A stretch of 64,000 nucleotides of DNA from assembly GCA_964234715.1 (NCBI GenBank), contig OZ174279.1; one strand, written 5' to 3'. Every line of letters starts with the position of its first letter. Position 1 is the stretch's first letter. Made by a program: the position numbers and the translations under genes. Shown piece after piece: positions 54,301 through 64,000 of this stretch. Source of the DNA: Podarcis melisellensis (lineage: Eukaryota). The notes below the pieces were generated by a model. The model was given only the letters and a program-made list of their open reading frames with translations. It had not been told where the DNA came from and searched no databases.

Positions 54301-56136
54301 AGAAACAGAAGCTTCATAGATTCCCCATCACCAGTAACCTTACAAAGCCTTAACCTGTCAGCAGCTGCTTTAAAGGGTACACACAATAAGGACAGAAAAC
54401 TTGTATCACCATGCGAATTTAAAGAAGAAACCAAGCTTGATCTGTATCAGCTCAAAACAGGTACAGAATAAACATGGGAAGTTGAACGCTACTTTTGCTG
54501 TAACTCCTGATCCCCTTGCCTTCTTGCTCTCCCTGGATCTTGTTCTCTGTGTTGCATTGTCTGAACAGATCTGTCTGTCTGTCTATGTGTTTATATGTTT
54601 GTTTGTTTATTACCAAATAAGTCACTTTTCAGCCTAGTCTCCCAGAGTAGTATACAAAATTAAATAATAAACACAGAATACCAAATAATTAACAAAAAAA
54701 AAACCTGTGAAAGTGGCACATACAAAAACCAGAAGACTAAAAACCTGAAAATTCTAAAATATTTTAAAAGACCTGTGCAATTAAAAAATGTTGATCTGGC
54801 ACCAAAAAAAAAAAAAAAAAAACAGCACTAGGTGAACCTTCCAATAGAGAGAATTATAAAACTCCGCTATCCCAACTCTTCATCAGCTTCATTACTTACA
54901 GGTGCACAGGAGAAATTAATACACTGGCAAGTTTATTCAGTAGGTGGTCCTTAATGTAACTGCATCATTAGAAGAGACTTTTGAACCTGATTTCTGCAGA
55001 TTAGCACAAATCTAAAGTGGAATAAGGGTTTGAAGTGGGGGGCCTCCAATTTGGAGGATTGAAGGATGGGTCACAGCTCAGCGGTAGTGCCTTGTATTCA
55101 GAAGGCCACAGGTTCAATTCCCAGTAAGTCCAAGTAGGGCTAGGTTGTTCCGTTTGAAACCCTGGAGAACTGCTGTCAAGTCAGTGCAAACAATACTGAA
55201 CTAGATGGCTCTATGGTCTGACTCACTTTAAAGCAGCATTCTACATTCTGAATAAAAAGTCTGTGCTGGTGATCCAGATTTTTCCTCCTTTCAGAATACT
55301 AAATTGAGCAGGGCTGACTTCCCTTCCACCTTTCTCCAGATATTTCAGAGAATTCAGGTTCTCCAGCAGGAAGATGAAGTTGAGATGCGTGGGAACAGCT
55401 GACAGCAAGGCCAGCCTGTAACCTGCTGAGTCTCCCTTAGGCAAATGCAGAACTTACTCTAGAAACTCTAACAACAGATGGAACTTTGGCCAGTAACATA
55501 GTGCATTAAATGTGCATTCTGTAGTTGACCTCCTTTGTTATGTTTTGAAATCTTTTAAGGTAATGTTTTAGTTTCATATTAACTCTGTCGCTTTGAAGGT
55601 ACACTTTATATTTGTTTTTATTCCGTTATATTTTATTCAGGATTGCTTTAATTGATGCTTCAATGTAGCTTGTAAAGCGCTTCAACTCCCCCTTAAAAAT
55701 ATAGAAATTAAATAAATAAATACGCAAACGAGCAAGCAAGCCCAACTGAGTGCAGGCAAGATTGCAGTCCTCAGGCCTATAGCTACAACCTTGCAGACGC
55801 TCACCTGAGAATAAGGACCCCTTTTGGACTCAATTGGGTTTTACGTTTTAAACACAAAGGACTGATATGTAAAAATACCAATAAAATCTATCCCACTTGG
55901 TTTTGCTGAATGCACATAGCGGCCGTGAGTGTGCACAGGGCACCCCCCCCCCCAGAACAACAGTATTAAAATTTATGGCTCCTCTTGCATCTGTGGGGGG
56001 GGGGGGAGGAGGCCTTGAAGCCGCCCGGATTTCCGGCCCCGCCCTCGGGATCCCTGGCGCTTCCTTCCGGCCGTCCCTCCGCCCACTCACCCTCACACCC
56101 TTCTGCCAGGCCCTGCTTCCGGTCCCATCTCCTCAT
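48348..56136 (-). CDS. CUTC: Copper homeostasis protein CutC homolog, 9 exons, ~267 aa (first coding exon less certain)
   Basis: Exons on -: 56091-56136 (putative, MRRWDRKQGLAEGCEG, GTGAGT donor, phase-compatible), 54062-54133, 52987-53046, 52151-52360, 50898-50933, 50430-50563, 49631-49658, 48798-48903, 48348-48459 (TAG). CutC motifs: MEVCVDSVESAVNAERGGAGRLELC, VFVMIRPRGGDFLYS, VTFHRAFD, ERVLTSG, PGGGIT, EFHCSA. An alternative in-frame ATG sits at 54131. Confidence 0.94.
53348..53475 (-). mobile_element. 5'-truncated RTE/Bov-B LINE 3' end with 11-bp target-site duplication
   Basis: The - strand ends GGTCCATGGGGTCACGAAGAGTCGGACACGACTAAACGACTAAACAACAACA, the Bov-B-type 3' end. TGTTTGTAAGT is repeated at 53337-53347 and 53476-53486. 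Confidence 0.8.
55066..55243 (+). mobile_element. tRNA-derived SINE (same family as 10284-10474)
   Basis: CACAGCTCAGCGGTAG (A box), GGTTCAATTCC (B box) and AATACTGAACTAGATGG...GTCTGACTCA 3' core. Confidence 0.65.
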
Positions 56137-56620
56137 TCCGCCTCGGGGCCGCTCCGGAGGCGCGGCGGATGTCGGCAGTTCTGCGCCAAACCACCCCTGA
56201 GCCGAGGAGGAAGCCCCGCCCACCCCTGGGGCCTCGGCCCCCGCCCGGCGGCGGCGCACACGCGAGAGGAGGCGCCGTCCTACCTGTCACGTGGCGTCGC
56301 AGTCACAGAGTGCGCGGTCGCGGCGTTTCCGGAAATAGCTCGGATTCCTTTCCGTGTCAAGAGCGAGTCGCTTCCGGGCTGCAACTTGAGGAGCGATGCT
56401 CTTGCGGGCGGCACTAAGAGGGTCCCGGCTGCTGCTGGCCCCACGAGGAAGGGGGTCCCCCGGCCAGGTACTCCAGGGGCGGCGCTTGGTTTCCATAGCA
56501 ACGGGGACCGGGTCAAAGATGCCTCTATCGGCCGATGGTTGCAAAACGAAGCGACCCCCCGCGGCTCCTCGTTTCTTAGCATTGCGAGCAGGCTGCGTAC
56601 CTGCTATCACGCTCGCTAAT
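56000..56620. promoter_or_regulatory. CpG-island bidirectional promoter shared by CUTC (-) and COX15 (+)
   Basis: GC- and CpG-rich. Divergent start codons at 56136 (-) and 56396 (+). Several ETS/GABP-type CCGGAA cores (TTTCCGGAAA 56326-56335, CTTCCGG 56371-56377), an E-box CACGTG at 56288-56293 and GC boxes; no evident TATA box. Confidence 0.85.
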
Positions 56621-59600
56621 AGACGCTCCTGGGGGAAATGCCAGGAGTTTCCCCCTTTATGTATCCTTTGCACTGTGGGAGGTGCTAATCAATGCTACCT
56701 CATTTCCACGTGTGGAACTCTAATGGGTGGATATTCAAGAAAACTACAGACTCTATTGTCTGCACCTGTCACAACCAGACACGTTAAAGGGAACAGACTG
56801 AAAACTTGTTTCTCAAGGAGTTTCGGTGACTGCCAAAATATTTCACTTGTATACCTACAGTAAGCTCTCAACCTATGTGGATTACATTCTGGGAATCATG
56901 CCGAAATCATAATTCACAGATAGTCAAAACACATTAGGTTCAATGGCAGTTGGGATTGCCAAAGTCTTTTTCCTTGGACGCTTGGTCTCTTTTTAATTAT
57001 TTTTTTAATTGCCAAGCGTGTATAGCTAAATGTGCACCAGTTAAATGTGTAAGTTGCAGGCTTTCTCTCTCTTTATATATAACTTTAACAAGAGGTATAA
57101 TGTTTCATAGGATTTTTTTTTAATGTTCTATACCATGAACTACTCTGGTCCCACCTAGATGAAGAGTAGTGTATACAAATAAAATAAGTTATGAATATAA
57201 CATCACATTTTATAACATGGACACAGTCCCTGTAAAAACATGAACACTTTCCCCTCCATATGCTTTCAGCGTTTTAATAACATATGAAAACCTGCTAATG
57301 GTGGCCAGCCAAATGCTTCTGCATATTCCACAAGCAGGACACATATGAACATATTGAAAATAAAAATAAGTTTTGCTGAGCATCTCAGTGAATTCCTGTT
57401 GTCCAGTTTTTCTGTGCTTGCACCGTTGATGATCTGGTCCTTTATCCTTGTCCTTGCATTTTGTAGAATAATGTCTGGCACTGAATACAACCTTTCTGAC
57501 GTAGTGAACACAGGTGTGAACTCTTTACAGTAAAGAGAGTTCATTCATCTTGAGTAATTCTCCTCTTCCATATCATGAATTGCAAATGTATGTTTAGTGG
57601 GGTGGCATAATTATAAACAGCCTCCCTCCTCACTACCTTCTCTGTCCTCAGCAATGTCAACGGTGGTGGCAGCTCCCACAGAGACGGTCACAACACAGCG
57701 TAGTGTCAGAAGTTGCTTCCCATCCCAGAGTGGTGGTACCACCTGTCCCCAATGCTGTGACCAACCGGGCTGTAGGGCGCTGGCTTCTAATATGCAGTGG
57801 GACTGTGGCCGGAGCTGTGGTGTTGGGTGGAGTCACTAGGTAAGGAAAATTAGCACCTCCTCTTCAAGCCTTTACTATATTTTATTTACCCTTGACACTA
57901 TGGTTCTCCAACTGTCATAGATTTTATCTTTCTGCAACCAGCAGAGATCTTCCTAGGTGCATTGCTTCCTCTTGGTCATGCCAGTGTGTGGGCCTAAACT
58001 AACTTCTGGTATCTCTCTGCCCTTTGAATGCCTGTGTCTACCCTTATTTTATAAATGACTTGTAGACAAACAATGCAGGCCGTAAAAGAAAGGTGGGATT
58101 AAAGGGTAACAAACAAATATGTTTTGTACTTACTGTCATAACAACCTTTTGAGGTATGGTAGTTAATTTAGACTATTTCAGAATTTAAAAGGTGTGATTA
58201 CATATATATTTGCATCAAATTGATGACCGGTATGTTTTGTGTGTAGTCAGACTTTGCATCTGCATTGCCCCCAGTGTCTAAATTTTCCCATTGTGTCTTC
58301 ATTCTGCTTTTCTAGATAGATGGATACACATGCGCACACCATTATATCCCACACTGATATCACCTTCCCTCAGTGGTATGTCATTGCTGTTCTTTCCTTT
58401 TCAGGCTGACAGAGTCTGGGCTTTCAATGGTTGACTGGCATCTCGTGCGGGAGATGAAGCCTCCTCGGACACAGCAGGAGTGGGAAGCAGAATTCCAAAA
58501 CTACCAGCAATTCCCAGAATTTAAAATGTAGGCATGGGTTGAGCTAAAGTTCCTAGAGACTAAATTTAAATTGGTGGTGGTGGGGGAAGCCTAGTCTACT
58601 ATCCCAGCAAAAGGGAAATGAGAGAAAAAGAGTATCTTGAATGCTACTTCTTGATAGAACTTGTCAAGGAAAGAGGGGAATGGGCAACTACACCTTACTG
58701 CAGGGTTTGTTGTTGTTTTATAAACCTTCTCTCTGAATCTTAACAGCCTGAACCACAACATGACGCTGACAGAGTTCAAATTCATCTGGTACATGGAGTA
58801 TTCACACCGAATGTGGGGACGGCTTGTTGGACTGGCTTACATCCTTCCAGCAGCTTACTTCTGGAGGAAGGGTTACCTCAACCGGTCCCTGAAGGGTCGT
58901 GTCGTTGCCCTCTGTGGATTTGTCTGCTTCCAGGTGGGAAAGATCACTGGGACCTTGAAATTGTTAAATGAATCATTAAATTACTCTGCCCAAGATAACT
59001 GAGATAGAACATGAAAGGCATTGATCCTTTGTACGCTCCAGGAACTGATTTATAAGTGATCTTAGGTCTCTGGTGCACAGAAGACCAGCAGAAGCTTCAG
59101 ATCATGGTGCTTGGAGTGTTGTTAGATCTTAGTTTCTTGGAAGAGAATGTACATGATATTGGCAGGAGTAAAAGTGGTCTTAGTTTCATGCCTCTATGGT
59201 ACTTTTTCTTTGTTTTGGCAGGGCCTATTGGGCTGGTATATGGTAAAAAGTGGATTAGAGGAAAAGCCAGACTCTCATGATATCCCACGGGTCAGTCAGT
59301 ACCGTCTAGCCGCACACCTGGGCTCTGCACTTGTTCTTTACTGCTACAGCCTGTGGACTGGACTCTCATTACTGCTGCCGCAGCACAAGGTAAGCAAAAA
59401 GTGAGGCAGACCGGGGGCATGTATTGAGTCCCAGTTAGGCCAAGAAAGCCTGTACACCAATTGCACCTTTGGAGGGAGGCACACTGCCACTGTGCAGACC
59501 AAACTGCCACTGCATCCTATATGTGCTTAGCCTAGAAGAGGAAAATTTCAAATCTTGGGAAATGTCAAAGAGATAACGTTTCTGGAAACACCACCAAAGC

Positions 59601-62222
59601 TTACCAATCAAGAACTCTGTTAGCACTGACACTCCCATGCATAGAGGGAGCCAATGAACTTGCAGTGGGAGGCACACCCTCCTGCATCACATGCAAAACT
59701 AGCGCCTGTTGCCAATTCTCAGGCAACCCTTCAAATCCCTTTATGGTGATCACAGCCACTGCTTTGGAGCATCACACAAAAAGGGAAGAAAGGAGAGCCC
59801 ACACAACACTGCACCCTCATAGTTCACTTGGTAGGATGGCCTCTTAAGAGGGTAGTTATTTAAGAAAGCATAGCAGGAGAAATGCAGACTGAGAAGAATT
59901 CAGCCTGGGATGAGCTATTCCATTTCTTACAGTGCAGTTTGCCACAACTTCCCCAGTTCTAGCAAGGCCGCATCCCTGCCACAGAAGATATTGCCGTGCA
60001 CTTTTGTCCTACACATCCAGGCAGTAGATACTTCTGAGGCCTGTGGATCTGGTCTTGGGTATGGTGACTTGATAGTAGGATTAAATCAAGCATGCAGATG
60101 CTATCTGACTGCTTCCAAGAACTCCTGGTGATTTCTATAAAATTTGTTAGATTTGGATTCATAGATATAATTGGATGTGAGCCATGTCCATTAAGGGCTG
60201 TGCAGCATAACAGCTGAGTGAGAAGAGCAGAAGTCCTTGCCGTAGCCATTGAGAGTGAAATAAATACATTCACCTTCGGTCAGGAGTCTTATTGGAAATG
60301 TGTGTATATGCTGAGTCTATGGAACACTAGTTTCCTTTGCACATTGCACATACTCCCTTTAGAATATATAAAAAGGCCATTGCATATTCTTGTGATCCTC
60401 CTCCTGTTTTGACAGTTACCAGAAACCCGTCAACTCCTGCGCCTGAGAAGGTTTGCTCATGGAACATCAGGCCTGATCTTTCTCACTGCCCTCTCAGGTA
60501 AAAGTCCCTGTCACTTTTGCACCAATCTCTTTCTTTTGAGAAGCAATAGGCAGCATGGTCAGGGATGTGTGTGTCTTGCTTCATTTCCTATTGGAAGGGT
60601 CTAGACTTTTTCAATTCCAGGTTACTGAAATGCTTCCTCTTCACGCTGGTCAGACAACATCACTGGGAACCGTTTTGTGGCTTTGAGGGAAGGACCTAAA
60701 ACTCTCAGCGTGATGGTTTTTAGGTGGCTTGTTCTATTACATTCATACTTCCAAGTGTGACAGACTCTCTTCTCTGGAACTCTAGGGGCATTTGTTGCAG
60801 GACTGGATGCTGGTCTTGTATACAATTCATTTCCCAAGATGGGGGAACGCTGGATCCCTGATGATCTCCTTGCCTTTTCCCCAAAGTTGAAGAACATATT
60901 TGAGAATCCCACAACCGTGCAGTTTGATCACAGAATTCTGGTACGTTTCTTCCTCTTTATGCTCTTAGATAACACCTCTTTTTAATTGGTTGCTGTTCTT
61001 GGGTTTGTGTTCATTCCAGGTGGCAGTGTAACTGGGAGTGTGGGAGTGCAGGCCCCTTAACTCAGAGTAGAGCACTTGTTTGCATGCCTAAAGTACTGGT
61101 TTCCATCTCCACTGTCTCTAATTAAAGGGTGCAAGTTACAAAAAGGGGGGGGGTTAGTCTAAACATTAAGGAGAACATTATGATGACATGAGTTGTTTGA
61201 AAGAGGAGCAGACTGCCCCAGAAGTGATATGGACTCTTTTTCAGAGGCTGGATGGTCAGGGATGCTGTAGTAGTGAGGTTCCTGCATTGCCTTTGGACTA
61301 GATGACCTTTTAAGATCCCTTCCAACTCCACTTCTAAGCCCTTTCTTTGTTGTCATTGCAAAGCTTCTCTGGTTCCCTCACTGGATATTTACTCTTTTCC
61401 CTTTAGGGAGTTTCCTCTGTTGCAGCCATTACAGGTCTGTACCTGTTTTCCAGGAAGATTCCTCTCCCACGGAGGACAAGGATGGCAGTTGCTTCCTTAC
61501 TGGCTGTGGCATACCTCCAGGTATTAACTATGCCCTTTAAAACACCCCTTTAATTGTCACTCAGTAGTGTCCCCTGATGGAATGGCAAGTTTCCCCTTCC
61601 TTCCAGGTAGGTGCCTGCCTTCTTGTCACTGATAATGCTATCTTGGTTGCTGGTCTCAGGCAGTTAAAACTGAAATTGATGGGGACCAATTTTTATTTAT
61701 ATATTTATTTGGCTTTGAAGAACAAAGGGAGGAAATAGAGCTGCAGTCGTGCTCTTCTGTGGAAATATTGCACAGTGCTATGGTCACTGCCCTTCTCTGC
61801 CTTCTGGGTTTAAACTGAGAAGGCAAAGGGGGAACATCAGTGCAGTTTCATTAGCATTGTATCATGAAGCACTATGACAGCTACCTCATCCTGTAGCAGG
61901 TTATTTACAGTGGGAGAGAGACAGAACATATAAAAATCCCCATACCAATTGCTTATGAAGCTTTTGTGTATAATTCTGTGCTATAAGAATACGATGCAGA
62001 TGTATTTGCACATACCTCTACATTTCAGGTATACTTGTAAGCAAACTTTACTTACATCTGAAACTTCATTTTATTCTTGCTTCTCTGCAGGTTACCCTGG
62101 GCATCAGCACACTTCTCCTGTATGTCCCAACTCCTTTAGCAGCCACTCATCAATCAGGTTCCTTGGTATTGCTCAGTGTGGCGTTGTGGCTGATGCATGA
62201 ACTGAAGCGGATCCCGAAATAA
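56396..62222 (+). CDS. COX15: Heme A synthase COX15, 9 exons, 406 aa
   Basis: Exons: 56396-56467 (Arg/Leu-rich presequence-like [20 protein letters not shown]), 57652-57839, 58405-58527, 58747-58933, 59222-59389, 60416-60497, 60786-60940, 61407-61520, 62091-62222 (TAA). Total 1221 nt in frame. Motifs: [61 protein letters not shown]. Confidence 0.96.
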
Positions 62223-62747
62223 CCCTGCTTCCCTATTTAGCCAGCCTCTTTGCTAGTGCTGAAGGTTCACGGTTGCTGTTGCTGCCTTTGCCCCATGTGT
62301 TGTATGCTCCTCTTCCTGAAAGCCTTAATTTGAACAGAAGGCGAGGCTGAGCAGCACCTTGACGTCATGAGTTCAACTGCTTTGTTGCAAAACTTGGTGA
62401 ACATGAATCACCATGCTTTGCTTAAGGTGTGATGTTGACAAGGTGGGCTCTGGCAAGAATGATGGTCATTTGAAGTGTGTCTCGCTTCCTGCTGAGCTGT
62501 CTGTATGAGGCTACAGCCATGAGCCTTTTACATTCTGTGTAGGCGTGATATAGACAACGGATTATGGGTGAGTGGGCCTAGAAATTTGGATGAACAGCAA
62601 ATGAAGGCATTTCAAAACTGTATTATAAGGGTGATGGGTGGCATAGTTTGTGGATTTTCTTTAGCAGAATGGGGTTTTTTGCATTAGAATATTGAAATGT
62701 GCACTGTAATTTAACCATGCAGAAGACCCACAGTCCTTTCCTTATTT

Positions 62748-62753
62748 AATAAA
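62748..62753 (+). terminator. Probable COX15 polyadenylation signal
   Basis: AATAAA ~525 nt after the COX15 stop; a second AATAAA lies at 63012-63017. Confidence 0.55.
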
Positions 62754-64000
62754 AAAGTTTCTCAATAAGTATTTTAAAATTGACTGTTCTTACAATGTCC
62801 CTATGCAATGTACCTTTATAAGAAGCTGCTGCAGCAAACCAAAGGCCCCATCAAGTCCATCATCTTGTTCTCAGTGGCCAACCGGATGCCTGTGGCAGCT
62901 TTCAAGCAGGCACATGAGTGGGTTGATTTGGAACACGTTTCATTAACATCAATATCCACAAAGGATTTTTTCTGGGGAGGGGAGGGGGAGAGTAAATGTT
63001 GCAAATGAGTAAATAAACATAACTAGCAGCAGAGAACATATCTAACAATTCTGATGGATCAGGTGACTTCCTAGACTTGGGTAGAACCCTGAGAAACTTG
63101 TATTACATATTTATCCCTTTCCTTCTCAGTGGGTTGACCTGCTACAATGGGTAGATGGCTTTTCACTCATTGCTGAAGCCCTTAATTCTTTCCCAAACTC
63201 AACTTCACAGTCTCCCACTTTGCTTCATTTCCCTAAAAAGCCCTATCATGTGCCCTACAATTCAGAGTTGTACTACACTACTGCAGTTCCCTACCGCTGC
63301 CTCTCGGCAAAATGAGCCTAACATGAAATCAGCCCCAGCCCAGCCTGCTTCAATATTGGTATAATTATGGCAGGTTGGCAGCAGAGTATCTTTTAAAGTG
63401 TTTGCAGATGCGGGGGGGGGGGGGACATTTTTTGCTATGAAATGTGACTTTGAAAGATGATGGACTACTTACTGTCTTTGCTGCTACATTTTTCTTTTAT
63501 ACATTACTTGCCAGTATTGGATACCTGACTTGTTTTCAGTGGGGTAGCATTCACTTCACCAGCAGTGAGGACCGGCATAAAAGGCTTTAAACCAAACCCA
63601 AGAGCGGAGACACAGGTGTTTCACTCAAGTATTAAATTGGCTAGATCTAGTTTCCTTAATGTCATCCATTGCTTCATTCATTAGCTAGAAACCAATGAAT
63701 GCGCTTAGTGAGAGCCCGGATACTGAGAGGGGATGGGTGTCAGAAGGAGAAGGAACTGATACTGGTTTCTATGTATTAGTTATGTTGCAGTAATGCAACA
63801 TTTTTATACATAACATCATATTCGTAAAATTTTCTTATCAGCTTGTTTTCTGTACACCACTTAGAGGAATTTTTTGTATATTTTAAGTGTTATAGAAATC
63901 GCCTAAAATGGATAGAAACCCTGAAAGGTTGGAGGGGTAAGTCTTCTCACAAAATAAAGGTGGAGATTGGTGCCTGCACATTTTTGTTCATATCTGGGTC

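Noticed and set aside
55897-56863. 240-aa and 155-aa ORFs over the CUTC/COX15 promoter
   Set aside because: GC-rich chance ORFs. Only 56396-56467 (COX15 exon 1) and probably 56091-56136 (CUTC exon 1) fit the gene models.
63020-64000. Possible 3' UTR of the next convergent gene (ENTPD7 in the mammalian gene order)
   Set aside because: Expected from synteny only; no coding exon is visible in the window.

Overview
Vertebrate genomic DNA, most likely from a lacertid lizard judging by its Sauria/Squam1 and Squam3 SINEs, a Bov-B fragment and squamate hAT/Tc1 MITEs. The window holds the conserved block DNMBP (+, 3' part, 13 coding exons) -> <- ABCC2/MRP2 (-, 32 exons, 1562 aa) <- CUTC (-, 9 exons, ~267 aa) <-> COX15 (+, 9 exons, 406 aa). 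CUTC and COX15 share a short CpG-island bidirectional promoter. I traced all exons by hand: they have GT-AG boundaries and join in continuous frame, so none of these genes looks pseudogenised. There is a 136-N assembly gap at 5165-5300. I see no new protein-coding system. The most notable unexplained signals are: a near-perfect 172-bp palindrome (85-bp arms, 2 mismatches) in ABCC2 intron 3; a perfect AGTTCA DR4 plus ARE and HNF1/HNF4/ONECUT-like motifs upstream of ABCC2; an intragenic CpG island that may drive a short DNMBP isoform; and possible alternative first exons of CUTC. Comparisons with human orthologues and repeat family names come from memory, not database searches.
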